A stretch of DNA of 53,949 nucleotides from an uncultured Faecalimonas sp. (GCA_964385995.1 CAYLRF010000004.1:1-53949); one strand, 5' to 3'; numbered from the stretch's first letter, positions 19,641 to 29,008 are shown. Notes: generated by a model not told the origin, from the letters alone. Numbers and translations are program-made.

Positions 19641-20503
19641 GCGATTAACTCGGAGATGTTTGAGAGTATCGCTTTTGCGACCTCGGGCTTATTCATCGAA
19701 TAAACGTGGATATTCGTGATCCCGTTCGCCAAAAGATCCACGATCTGATCCGTCGCGTAAGCGACTCCGGCCTGTGTCATCGCTTCCGGCCTGTCTTTGT
19801 AACGGTCGACTATGGCGAGAAATCTCTCGGGAAGAGGCGAGCCGGAAAGCGCGCATATGCGCTTTATCTGTTTGCCGTTCGTGACGGGCATGATCCCGGG
19901 AAGCACCGGAACCGTGATGCCCCTTTCACGTACGCGGTAAAGGAATTTATAAAATACCGCATTGTCAAAAAACATCTGCGTAGTCAGAAAGTCCGCTCCG
20001 CATTCGACTTTTTCCTTAAGGTGCGCTATGTCCTCATCCCTGCTTTTGCTTTCCGTATGGCCCTCCGGATAACAGGCCGCTCCCACGCAGAAGTCCCCGT
20101 ATTCTTTTATGTCCTTAATTAACTCACAGGCGTATTTGTAATGTCCCTCCGCCACGGATGACGCCCCTTCGGGCAAATCTCCCCTGAGAGCGAGGATATT
20201 ATCTATGCCGCTTTCCCTTATCCTTCCCAGCGTATCGCAAATGTCGCTTTTTCGCGTCGCGACGCAGGTAAGATGCGCTATGCCCGCGACGCCGATGTCA
20301 TTTTGTATATGAGATGCGATTTTTAACGTATTCTCGCGTGTGCCGCCGCCCGCTCCGTAAGTGACGCTCACAAATGACGGCCGAAGACGCGCGATTTTAT
20401 CAACCGCGCTTATTACGCTGTCATATGAGTCGTTCGTCTTTGGGGGAAATACCTCAAAAGACACATGTATCTTTCCGTCGGTTAATCTGTCTTTAATCTT
20501 CAT
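19637..20503 (-). CDS. metF: Methylenetetrahydrofolate reductase
   Basis: VSFEVFPPKT, VTYGAGG and a TIM-barrel MetF-like sequence. The ATG at 20503 (MKIKDRL) is preferred. The track start at 20527 is also possible. Confidence 0.88.
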   Translation of the reverse strand: MKIKDRLTDGKIHVSFEVFPPKTNDSYDSVISAVDKIARLRPSFVSVTYGAGGGTRENTLKIASHIQNDIGVAGIAHLTCVATRKSDICDTLGRIRESGIDNILALRGDLPEGASSVAEGHYKYACELIKDIKEYGDFCVGAACYPEGHTESKSRDEDIAHLKEKVECGADFLTTQMFFDNAVFYKFLYRVRERGITVPVLPGIMPVTNGKQIKRICALSGSPLPERFLAIVDRYKDRPEAMTQAGVAYATDQIVDLLANGITNIHVYSMNKPEVAKAILSNISELIA

Positions 20504-20575
20504 AAAACCACCGTGGCGAGCCTTCATGACCGCCGCCGCCCCTTTAAATATTCTCCGGGTCCGAAACCTTTTCTC

Positions 20576-22018
20576 CTACATCGTAAGATATAATTCCTCG
20601 TATCGCTTCGCCGATTTTTTCCATGAGAAATCCATGCTCATCGCCCGTTCGACGATTCTGTTCCATTCGCGTTTTTTATCGTAGTAGATATGCTCCGCGT
20701 ATCTTACGGTCGACATCATCTCATGCGCGTTGAAATTCGCGAAGCTGAATCCCGTGCCCGTCTTAAAATACTCGTTATACGGCTCCACGGTATCCTTTAA
20801 GCCGCCCGTCTCCCTGACGATGGGAAGAGTGCCGAATCTTAGGGCCATTATCTGACTTAAGCCGCAGGGTTCGAAAAGCGACGGCATAAGCAGCGCGTCA
20901 CACGAGCCGTATATCTTCTTTGACAGCGGGTCGGAATAACATATGTTCGCCGAGACCTTATCCGGATATTTCCCCGCGAAATACCTGAACATATCCTCAT
21001 ACTCATGATCGCCCGTTCCGAGTATGACGAAATTTATCCCGTCCGCGCACAGCTCGTCCATGACTCTCCCGATAAGATCAAGCCCCTTCTGAGCCGTAAG
21101 GCGCGATACAATGCCTATCATCATGACATGCGGATCGACGGGAAGACCAAGTTCCTCCTGAAGGGCAATTTTATTTTTTACCTTCTGACGGCGGAAATTA
21201 TCTATATGGTATCTCGCCTTGAGGTTTGGATCCGTCATGGGATTGTACTCATCGTAGTCTATGCCGTTTAAGATACCGACGAGACTGTTGTCTCTCGCCC
21301 TTAAAAGACCGTCCAATCCCTCGCCGTAGAAGGGATATTTGATCTCCCGGGCGTAGGTCTTGCTGACCGTGGTTATCTTATCGGCGTAGACGATCCCGCC
21401 TTTCAGTAGATTCGCGTCGCCGTAGGCCTCCAGCTTGTCGGACGTGAAATAATACCGCGAGAGTCCCGTTATATCCTGCACCCTGCTTTTCTCCCACGTC
21501 CCCTGAAATTTGAGGTTGTGGATCGTCATGACGGTCCTTATGTCTTTGTATCCGGCGTCGGAAAAGCGAATCTCATCGAGATAAACCGGTATAAGGGCGC
21601 TCTGCCAGTCATGACAGTGTATGATATCGGGCCGGTAACCCGCCTCGCGCAGAAAATATATCACCGCCTTGGAAAAAAAACCGAATCTTTCGATGTCCCA
21701 TAAGCCGTCGTCGGTATACGGGGAGGGACCGCCGAAATATTCCTCGTTGTCGACAAAATAATATGTGATCCCCGAAAGTTTCGTCTCAAGGATACCGACA
21801 TAACGGTTTTTGTAATTATAATCCATGTAAAATTTCGTGTCGAAGGAAAGCCTGTTTTTTAAAGAAGGGTTCATGCACGCGTATTTCGGGAGTATGACGC
21901 GCACGTCAAACTCCTTCCTGTTAAAATTTTCCGGAAGAGACCCCACCACGTCGGCAAGTCCCCCTGTCTTTATGAACGGAACGCATTCCGAAGCCGCGAA
22001 AAGTATTTTTTTCATCAC
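20576..22018 (-). CDS. glgA: Glycogen synthase
   Basis: 480 aa. MMKKILFAASECVPFIKTGGLADV is the GlgA signature. Confidence 0.95.
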   Translation of the reverse strand: MMKKILFAASECVPFIKTGGLADVVGSLPENFNRKEFDVRVILPKYACMNPSLKNRLSFDTKFYMDYNYKNRYVGILETKLSGITYYFVDNEEYFGGPSPYTDDGLWDIERFGFFSKAVIYFLREAGYRPDIIHCHDWQSALIPVYLDEIRFSDAGYKDIRTVMTIHNLKFQGTWEKSRVQDITGLSRYYFTSDKLEAYGDANLLKGGIVYADKITTVSKTYAREIKYPFYGEGLDGLLRARDNSLVGILNGIDYDEYNPMTDPNLKARYHIDNFRRQKVKNKIALQEELGLPVDPHVMMIGIVSRLTAQKGLDLIGRVMDELCADGINFVILGTGDHEYEDMFRYFAGKYPDKVSANICYSDPLSKKIYGSCDALLMPSLFEPCGLSQIMALRFGTLPIVRETGGLKDTVEPYNEYFKTGTGFSFANFNAHEMMSTVRYAEHIYYDKKREWNRIVERAMSMDFSWKKSAKRYEELYLTM

Positions 22019-22054
22019 AGTACCTGCCTTCCCGTAAACGCCCGCTTTCGCTCA

Positions 22055-22083
22055 ATTATAAACACAGTAAATATAAAGGTCAA
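22055..22083 (-). promoter_or_regulatory. Candidate sigma-A promoter for glgA
   Basis: Coding-strand read: TTGACC, 17-nt spacer, TATAAT. It lies about 35 nt upstream of the glgA ATG. Confidence 0.55.
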
Positions 22084-22122
22084 CACCGCCGGGGCGAAGG
22101 TATGTGTCGCCGCGAAGAGTCC

Positions 22123-22521
22123 TTATTTTGCGGTGGTATAAGTGATGGCCACGCTGTCGCCGTCCTTAACGATCTGAGTGTCGATGCCGTTCGCGCAGTA
22201 CTTTCCGTTTACCGAGAACGCCCAATACGCCCCGTCCTCATCGTAGATCGCCGACATGCCGTTTACCTCTTGTACCATCATGCCGTAGGCGCCTTCCTTT
22301 CCCGAAAAGGTAAGTCCCTCGGCGTCATCCATGGCCTCCTTTAAGTACTTCGCGTTTGTCTTCACCTTATACTCGGTGGATTCGCCATTGGAATCAATGA
22401 CAGTAATTGTGACGTTTTTTTTGCCTTCATCCGGCTTATCGGAAAATTTGACATATAAAATTCCGAAAATCACGAGAATCGCGGCAAGTACGCAGCTGAG
22501 CCATATAAATGTTTTTTTCAT
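22123..22521 (-). CDS. DUF4430-like secreted/membrane-anchored protein
   Basis: 132 aa. Signal-anchor helix, then WAFSVNGKYCANGIDTQIVKDGDSVAITY, typical of the DUF4430 (transcobalamin-like) fold. Confidence 0.7.
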   Translation of the reverse strand: MKKTFIWLSCVLAAILVIFGILYVKFSDKPDEGKKNVTITVIDSNGESTEYKVKTNAKYLKEAMDDAEGLTFSGKEGAYGMMVQEVNGMSAIYDEDGAYWAFSVNGKYCANGIDTQIVKDGDSVAITYTTAK

Positions 22522-22586
22522 GTTTTCCTCTTTCCCGACGCGCCCCGTCGCATTGTAAAGGCTGTTTTAAAGTTTACTTTTAAGCT
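22522..22586 (-). repeat. Family-1 module, single copy, abutting the DUF4430 start
   Basis: Coding-strand read: TTAAAAG-TAAA-CTTTAAA (imperfect hairpin A), linker CAGCCTTTACAAT, CGACG-GGGCG-CGTCG (hairpin B), then GGGAAAGAGGAAAAC-ATG. Confidence 0.6.
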
Positions 22587-22692
22587 TACCCACGCGCCCC
22601 GCCATGTTGCGTAAATCATTTGATAAAAAGCGGTAAATATCAGGCGGACTCCTTTTTTCTATCCCGTATCCCGGCGCAATCCACGCGTAAGT

Positions 22693-24138
22693 TTAGCGGG
22701 GCCGCTTCACCACGTCCACAGTGCCGATATCGTAATATAAAAGCGCTTTTATCACATCCCTGTCTATCATCTCTCCCGGCATGACGACGGGCACGGCCGG
22801 AGGACATGAGGCGACGGGAAGACGGCATATTCTTCCGATGGCGGACGCCGCCGGTATTACTTCCCCCTCGCTCACAAACGCCTCGCGAAAAGACATCACC
22901 CTCTTGGCGCGAAGGCCGGAGAACACCTCGGCGCCTTCATCCATATCTTTCTCATCATCACCTGGGAAGCAACCTGTATTATCGGACCTTTCGCGCTTTT
23001 TTCGGACCTTAAGCGCCGCATCCAACGCCGAAACCAGTTTTTTCATGTCATCTGCGGTATTTTCGGGCGTCATCATAAACACGGCGTAATCCCTGTCCGT
23101 ATGCTCACATTCGATCCCGAAAGAGTGAAGGATGTAAATAAGCTCTTCCTCCTGCATGTGATGCTTTATGACGAGCCTTAAGGGATCGCCATCTCGCACG
23201 TCCCACCCCATCCGCGATATCTGACTCACGTATTTTTCTTTCATTTTAAGAAAGCCTTCGAGGCGCCTTTCGCAGTCGCCGGCGAGGTATTTATTGCAAA
23301 GATCAAGCGAGGCGAGAATAAGGTACGACGGACTTGTGGAGCCGAAAATCTCCAAAGCACGTTTCGCGGATGAGCGCCATGTATAAGGGGCCTTCTTCGC
23401 GATGTGAAGATACGCTCCCCCCGTAAGCACGGGAAGGGTCTTGTGCGCCGAGTCGCAACATACGTCCGCGCCGAGATCAAGCGGATGAACCGGTGTGGTT
23501 AAAAAATGCAGATATGCGCCGTGCGCGTTATCCACGGCAAGAAACGCGCCGTAATCGTGACAGATATCCGCAATCTCCGATATGTCGGCCGTCTTACCGA
23601 GATAATCGGGACTTGTAAGATAAAGGGCCGCGACCTTAGAAGGCGCCCGGGCAAAAGCTTCCCTTACATCATCCGGAGAGGGAGTCTGACTTAAAAGACC
23701 TTTCGACCCGTCCTTCGGCACGATCCATATGACATCAAAGTCAAGCAGCATCGCGGCGTGCAAAAAAGCCTTATGAACGTTTCTCGCCGCGAGTATGACG
23801 GGGCGGGACGATTCGGTCAGCAGATACATCATGGCCTTTATACACTGACTTGAGCCTTCCGTCGAATAGAAAGTGGCGCCCGATCCGAAAAGACGCGAGG
23901 CGGTATTCTCACTTTCCGCTATGATCCCTTTAGCCTCATAGAGGCTGTCCGCGCCTTTTATCTCCGTGATGTCGTATTTTTCCGGGCCAAAGATCCTCTT
24001 TCCCTTATGCCCCGGCATATGAAAACGGGTGACACCGCTTTTTGCGTATTCGCGCACAAAATCGTATATCGGCGTTCGCACGGCTTTTACATCATCAGTC
24101 TTATAAGTGACATTCATCTCATTACGGGTACCTCTCAT
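22693..24138 (-). CDS. Orn/Lys/Arg decarboxylase-family PLP enzyme
   Basis: TRFHMPGHKGK and the PLP-lysine motif DSAHKTLPVLTGG. The ATG at 24138 is preferred (5 nt after the scfB stop, GAGG upstream). The track ORF starts with GTG at 24177. Confidence 0.8.
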   Translation of the reverse strand: MRGTRNEMNVTYKTDDVKAVRTPIYDFVREYAKSGVTRFHMPGHKGKRIFGPEKYDITEIKGADSLYEAKGIIAESENTASRLFGSGATFYSTEGSSQCIKAMMYLLTESSRPVILAARNVHKAFLHAAMLLDFDVIWIVPKDGSKGLLSQTPSPDDVREAFARAPSKVAALYLTSPDYLGKTADISEIADICHDYGAFLAVDNAHGAYLHFLTTPVHPLDLGADVCCDSAHKTLPVLTGGAYLHIAKKAPYTWRSSAKRALEIFGSTSPSYLILASLDLCNKYLAGDCERRLEGFLKMKEKYVSQISRMGWDVRDGDPLRLVIKHHMQEEELIYILHSFGIECEHTDRDYAVFMMTPENTADDMKKLVSALDAALKVRKKRERSDNTGCFPGDDEKDMDEGAEVFSGLRAKRVMSFREAFVSEGEVIPAASAIGRICRLPVASCPPAVPVVMPGEMIDRDVIKALLYYDIGTVDVVKRPR

Positions 24139-24143
24139 GACCC

Positions 24144-25541
24144 TTATGCCTCGGAGGCTTTTATCATTATGGCGCACTCGATCCGCTTCTTAAAAAGCTC
24201 GCAGCCCGCCTCATATACGCCTCTTACGTCACCCGTAGAGTGATAGGAATTCGCGGCGCATCCTCCGGAGCAATAAAATCTTGCCCAGCAATCGGCGCAT
24301 TCTTTCCTCGCGTACGCGTTGCAGCCCTTAAAAAGAGAGCGCACCGATTCGTTCGTGACGCCGGTATATATGTCTCCCAGTTTAAAATCCGGCTCTCCCG
24401 CGAACTGATGACAGGGATACAGTTCTCCCGTAGGCGTGACCGCCATATACTCAGTGCCCGATCCGCAGCCCGAGATTCGCTTATATACGCATGGACCTCC
24501 CTTTAAATCGATCATGTAGTGATAGAAGGTAAATCCCCTGCCTTCCTTTTTCCGCTTAATCATCTCCCGGGCAAGTATCTCATACTGCTCTTTAACAGTC
24601 TTTATGTCATCGGCTGTCAGCGCCGCGGGGTCATTTTGCGGCGCGACGACAGGCTCCATGCTAAGCCTCGTAAACCCCAGATCCGCCATGTGAAGCACGT
24701 CCTTTACAAAATCCGGATTCGCGTGCGTAAACGTGCCCCGTATGTAATAATCCTTGTCGCCTCTTTTTTTGACCAGATCCTGAAATTTCGGGACAATGAC
24801 ATCGTAGCTTCCGCGTCCAGCGTAGTCTTTTCTGTTCAGATCGTGGATCTCTTTTCGGCCGTCAAGACTTAAGACGACGTTTGACATCTCTTTATTTACG
24901 AAATCCGTCACCTCATCATCTATCAGCATTCCGTTTGTCGTAAGCGTAAAACGAAAATTCTTCCCGCACTCTTTTTCAAGACTCCTCGCGTAACTCACGA
25001 TCCTTTTTACGACGTCAAAGTTCATGAGAGGCTCTCCGCCGAAGAAATCCACCTCGAGATTTCTCCTCCCCTTGCTTGAGTCGATGAGAAAATCTATGGC
25101 CCGTTTTCCGACCTCAAAGCTCATAAGCTCTCTTTTTCCGTGATACCGGCCCTGACTTGCGAAACAGTAAGGACAGTTAAGGTTGCAAGTGTGAGCCACA
25201 TGAAGACAAAGCGCCTTAACCGTATCGCCCGATCTTTCCTTAAAAGTCCCCGCCATGGGTGCGAACGTGTCGGGTGAGAAAAGTTTGCCCGCTTTTTGCA
25301 GCTCTCTGACATCTTTAACGCACTTTCGGATCTCTTCCCGAAAATGTTCGCTGTCATCGTGATATTTGTCACAAAGAGGTCTTACGATTTTTTCGGTATC
25401 TTCTGCGCCGTGACATTTATCAAAACCAGATTCGCCGTAAAGTCTGATGACGTCATAGGCAAGATCGTCCGTGACATGCACCGAGCCCGAGCATGTGTCA
25501 AGGACTATGTTGTAGCCGATAAGTTTATATTGATGAACCAT
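24144..25541 (-). CDS. scfB: SCIFF radical-SAM/SPASM maturase
   Basis: 465 aa. Radical-SAM motif CNLNCPYC, C-terminal SPASM Cys clusters (CGSGTEY...YPCHQF...CADCWARFYCSGGCAANS). Sits immediately downstream of a SCIFF-type peptide gene. Confidence 0.9.
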   Translation of the reverse strand: MVHQYKLIGYNIVLDTCSGSVHVTDDLAYDVIRLYGESGFDKCHGAEDTEKIVRPLCDKYHDDSEHFREEIRKCVKDVRELQKAGKLFSPDTFAPMAGTFKERSGDTVKALCLHVAHTCNLNCPYCFASQGRYHGKRELMSFEVGKRAIDFLIDSSKGRRNLEVDFFGGEPLMNFDVVKRIVSYARSLEKECGKNFRFTLTTNGMLIDDEVTDFVNKEMSNVVLSLDGRKEIHDLNRKDYAGRGSYDVIVPKFQDLVKKRGDKDYYIRGTFTHANPDFVKDVLHMADLGFTRLSMEPVVAPQNDPAALTADDIKTVKEQYEILAREMIKRKKEGRGFTFYHYMIDLKGGPCVYKRISGCGSGTEYMAVTPTGELYPCHQFAGEPDFKLGDIYTGVTNESVRSLFKGCNAYARKECADCWARFYCSGGCAANSYHSTGDVRGVYEAGCELFKKRIECAIMIKASEA

Positions 25542-25564
25542 CCCGGGTCTCCCGCTTTAGCCTT

Positions 25565-25605
25565 AAACAAACGAAAACGCTGCCCCCGCTACGGAAGACA
25601 GCGTC
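25565..25605 (-). terminator. Stem-loop + U-rich tract between precursor and maturase genes (possible attenuator)
   Basis: Coding-strand read: ACGCTG-(16 nt)-CAGCGT followed by TTTCGTTTGTTT. It lies in the 92-nt scfA-scfB spacer. Confidence 0.4.
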
Positions 25606-25633
25606 AAATGTCCCTGCGTTTTTAAGTCGGCGC

Positions 25634-25777
25634 TTAATTTTTCTTCTCGCATGACTGATTCGCGACGCCGCAGCTGGTCTTACATGCCGACTGGCACGAT
25701 GTCTGACACTCGCCGCAGCCGCCCTCTTTCGCGCTCTCGCAAAGATCGCGCGTATCAAGCGTCTTTATTCTCTCCAT
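25634..25777 (-). CDS. scfA: SCIFF (six-cysteines-in-forty-five) ranthipeptide precursor
   Basis: 47 aa from ATG 25777 (GGAGGTG 7 nt upstream): MERIKTLDTRDLCESAKEGGCGECQTSCQSACKTSCGVANQSCEKKN. The core GGCGECQTSCQSACKTSC is the SCIFF signature. Confidence 0.9.
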   Translation of the reverse strand: MERIKTLDTRDLCESAKEGGCGECQTSCQSACKTSCGVANQSCEKKN

Positions 25778-25854
25778 AGGTTTCACCTCCCCGTTTAAAA
25801 TCCGGACGTATACACAGACGGCTCTTACCGCCCAAACACATCTCTTCACCGCCC

Positions 25855-25882
25855 ATTATAAAGGATTGACGAAAATATTCAA
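25855..25882 (-). promoter_or_regulatory. Candidate sigma-A promoter for scfA
   Basis: Coding-strand read: TTGAAT, 16-nt spacer, TATAAT. The -35 overlaps the recN stop codon. Confidence 0.45.
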
Positions 25883-27549
25883 CAGGATTTCGCGAGACGC
25901 TTCATCTCCTCGGCGTTTCCGATGACGGCGTCGGTTATCTTCGCGCCGCCTAAGATCCTCGCAAGCTCCATCACCTGCCCGTCTTCATCAAGGCGGGTAA
26001 TGACTGTGCGCGTCTTGCCGTCAGTTACTTTTTTTTCTATGAAAAAATGCGAATCGGCCATCGCCGCGATCTGCGCGAGGTGCGTGATACAGATAACCTG
26101 GCGGCTTTTTCCTATAAGCGCCATTTTCTCGGAGACCTTCTGGGCCGTTCTTCCGCTGATGCCGGCGTCAATCTCGTCGAAAATCAATGTGCCAACCTGA
26201 TCTTTATCGGCCATTACCGTCTTTATGGCAAGCATTATCCTTGAAAGCTCCCCGCCCGAAGCCACATCCTTAAGAGGCTTTAACGGCTCTCCGGGATTCA
26301 TGGATATCATAAATTCCGCCTCGTCCCTTCCGTTTGCCGTGTATTCTTCTTTCTCCCTGATTTCAATCTCAAAACGAACGTCAAGGAAGCTTAAATCCTG
26401 CAGATTGTCCCTTACGGCCCTCTCAAATTCCCGCGCGGCCTTACGGCGAAGCCCGGAAAGCTCCTCTGAGGCGCGGGCAAGAAGCCCACTTGCCTCATCC
26501 AGCCTTTTTCTTAAGGACGCGACATAAGCGTCGTAATCATTAAGCCGCGAAAGTCTCCCTTTTATCTCCTCGCCGTAAGAAAGTATGTCCTCGACTGTCG
26601 CGCCGTATTTTGACTTAAGACGATTTATCTCATTTAGCCTTGCCTCAACGCCGGAAAAAGTCTCGTCGGAAAATTCCAGCGTGGATGCGTAGTCGGATAA
26701 CTCTCTGTTAAAATCCCCCAGGAGGCTGTCAATTTCTCCCAGCTCATCGCAAAGAGGCTGCGCTTTCGGGTCGATACGCGCGGCGTCTTTAAGACACCTT
26801 AGGGCCCTGCTTAAAACGTCTCCCGCGCCATTGTCATCGGAACCCGTATATCCGTACGCCTCGTCGATGTCGTCGGTAATTCTCTTCGCGTTTACCATGC
26901 GGGTATATTGCTCTTCGTAGGATGCGTCTTCTCCTTCTTTAAGATCGGCGTTTTCGATCTCATTTAACTCAAATGTCAAAAGATCCGTCTCCTTTAAGCG
27001 CTGCTTTTCATCGAGAGTCGATTCGTCAAGTTCCTTTTTCGCGCTTTTGTACTCGGCGTAAAGAGAGGCGACTTTGTCTTTTATTATCTTTAGGTCATCA
27101 CCCGCGAAAGAGTCGAGGATAGCGAGCTGATTTTTTTCGTAAATAAGTGTTTGATGTTCATGCTGACCGTGGATGTCGATAAGTACCGAGGCAGTATCCC
27201 TAAGCACCGACACGGGTACGGTCTCGCCGTTTACCGCGCAGACGCTTCGCTTTCCGATTAGCTTTCGGGCGAGGATCATCGTCCCGTCCTCAGGTTCCCT
27301 TCCCATCTCGCGAAGGGCGCTCACCGTCGATGAGTCATCGACAAAGAAAACCAGTTCGACATACCCCGGCTCATTTTCATCCCTAAGCATGTCTAATGAG
27401 TATTTGCCGCCCAGAGCAAGGCCGACGGAGCCTAATATGACGGATTTTCCGGCTCCCGTCTCACCCGTAAGTATGTTAAGACCCTCCCCGAACTCAACCT
27501 TAATTTCCTCTATCAGGGCCAGATTTTTGACATACAGGCTGTGCAGCAT
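25879..27549 (-). CDS. recN: DNA repair protein RecN
   Basis: Walker A motif GETGAGKS, coiled-coil middle, C-terminal GGELSRIMLA. Start at ATG 27549 (GGAGG 7 nt upstream). The track start at 27594 is less likely. Confidence 0.93.
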   Translation of the reverse strand: MLHSLYVKNLALIEEIKVEFGEGLNILTGETGAGKSVILGSVGLALGGKYSLDMLRDENEPGYVELVFFVDDSSTVSALREMGREPEDGTMILARKLIGKRSVCAVNGETVPVSVLRDTASVLIDIHGQHEHQTLIYEKNQLAILDSFAGDDLKIIKDKVASLYAEYKSAKKELDESTLDEKQRLKETDLLTFELNEIENADLKEGEDASYEEQYTRMVNAKRITDDIDEAYGYTGSDDNGAGDVLSRALRCLKDAARIDPKAQPLCDELGEIDSLLGDFNRELSDYASTLEFSDETFSGVEARLNEINRLKSKYGATVEDILSYGEEIKGRLSRLNDYDAYVASLRKRLDEASGLLARASEELSGLRRKAAREFERAVRDNLQDLSFLDVRFEIEIREKEEYTANGRDEAEFMISMNPGEPLKPLKDVASGGELSRIMLAIKTVMADKDQVGTLIFDEIDAGISGRTAQKVSEKMALIGKSRQVICITHLAQIAAMADSHFFIEKKVTDGKTRTVITRLDEDGQVMELARILGGAKITDAVIGNAEEMKRLAKSC

Positions 27550-27621
27550 ATATAACCTCCGTATCGCCCGCGCAGTCTCATTAAAGAAACGCACATGGGT
27601 TCTTTATCATCGCCGCTTAAA

Positions 27622-28071
27622 TCACGATACGATTTCCTTAAGTTTCTTTAAAACGCTCTCCGTCCCGACCCCGGATCGGATCGCGCACATTATCGTGTCA
27701 TCGCCCGCTATGCAGCCTACTATCTCGTTCATGTCCATGTCGTCTATCGCGGCGGCCACGGCCATGGCCATGCCGGCGGCGGTCTTTATCACCAGTATCC
27801 CCGAAGCCTCATCGGCGGAAACGAAGCCGTCCTTTAAGATATGCGCGTACCTCGTGGCGGCGGTATCATCCGCAGCCTTTGGCGCGACGTATCTTTGACG
27901 TCCGTCACCCGCGGCTTCTTTTACGAGACCCAAGGCGCGTATATCTCTGGAGACGGTCGCCTGAGTCACCTTGTAACCCTCCTTATTCAGACGATCGGCC
28001 AGCTCTTCCTGCGTCTCAATCTCATATCTGCGGATAAGCTCCGCGATCTTTTCGTGTCTGCCGCTTTTCAT
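27622..28071 (-). CDS. argR: Arginine repressor
   Basis: 149 aa. Winged-helix motif TQATVSRDIRALGLVK and C-terminal GCIAGDDTIM. Confidence 0.93.
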   Translation of the reverse strand: MKSGRHEKIAELIRRYEIETQEELADRLNKEGYKVTQATVSRDIRALGLVKEAAGDGRQRYVAPKAADDTAATRYAHILKDGFVSADEASGILVIKTAAGMAMAVAAAIDDMDMNEIVGCIAGDDTIMCAIRSGVGTESVLKKLKEIVS

Positions 28072-28105
28072 ACCTGCCTCTTTCCCGATGTCATGAAATG
28101 TCTCA

Positions 28106-29008
28106 TCACAGCATTTTCCCGCGCAGCGTCTCCAAAAAACCGGTGTTCTTAAGTTTTATGAGTCTCGCGGTCTCTTTCGCGCGGCGTATAAATACACGAT
28201 CGCCCGTTTTTATCCTTATCACTTCATTTCCGTCAAACACAAGCGCGGCCGTGTCACAGGCGCCGTCTCTGGCGTATCCGAGTTCCAGTTCCACCGTATC
28301 GTCGCCGGAAAGCACTATGCTTCTCGCGCTTAGGGCATGTGAGCAGATGGGAGTTATGACCGTCATCGACGCCGTAGGCTCAAGAATCGGCCCGCCCGCG
28401 GATAAATTGTAAGCCGTGGATCCCGTCGGCGTGGAAATAATGATCCCGTCCGACTGATATGAACCCGCGGGATCGCCGTTTACATAAAGATTAAACCGCA
28501 TGAGACGAAGCCCGCCCTCTCGGGTAAGGACGATGTCGTTAAGCGCCAAATACGTGAGTTTTCCCGTCGTCACATCATCGACCTTTTCGACATACGGATT
28601 TTCTTTGACCGCGTTTTCGATTCCGGCGCCGTCGCTCTTATTTTCCCCGCCCGCGCGGCCCGCGGCGCCTCCCTTAAGCATCATCCTCTCCTCTATGAGG
28701 GGATGCCCGAAGATGACTTCGTCAAGCGCTCCCTCGATATCGCTTACGTCCACCTCGGCGAGATATCCCAAAGTGCCGAGATTAACCCCCAGGATCGGGA
28801 CATCTCTTTTACGCATTCTGCCGGCGGCGCGTATAAGAGTGCCGTCGCCTCCGAGCGTCAGCAAAAGATCAGCGTCATCGGGAAGATCTCCTGCGTCGTC
28901 AAGCAGCGCGCACCGTTTACCCTTGGACCTGATGTAATTTTCTACGCGCCGGGTCACCGCCAGATCCTTATCCTTGCTTTTATTCGTGATTATATAAAAA
29001 TTATCCAT
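28106..29008 (-). CDS. nadK: NAD kinase
   Basis: 300 aa. GGDGTLIRAAG, NDIVL and DGIIISTPTGSTAYNLSAGGPI. Contains a Gly/charged insertion. Confidence 0.93.
   Translation of the reverse strand: MDNFYIITNKSKDKDLAVTRRVENYIRSKGKRCALLDDAGDLPDDADLLLTLGGDGTLIRAAGRMRKRDVPILGVNLGTLGYLAEVDVSDIEGALDEVIFGHPLIEERMMLKGGAAGRAGGENKSDGAGIENAVKENPYVEKVDDVTTGKLTYLALNDIVLTREGGLRLMRFNLYVNGDPAGSYQSDGIIISTPTGSTAYNLSAGGPILEPTASMTVITPICSHALSARSIVLSGDDTVELELGYARDGACDTAALVFDGNEVIRIKTGDRVFIRRAKETARLIKLKNTGFLETLRGKML

Noticed and set aside
22522-22692. Cobalamin riboswitch upstream of the DUF4430 gene (also considered upstream of metH, 18884-18962)
   Set aside because: There is no B12-box-like GCCACTG or conserved GGTG...CCCGCAAC core on the coding strand, and the spacers are too short (170 and 79 nt). 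The CCCGCAA strings seen at 38528 and 53153 are on the non-coding strand and belong to the family-2 repeat.
27173-27898. 241-aa plus-strand ORF spanning recN/argR
   Set aside because: It is antisense to two conserved genes and crosses their intergenic spacer. It has low-complexity Ser-rich sequence. I treat it as a shadow ORF.
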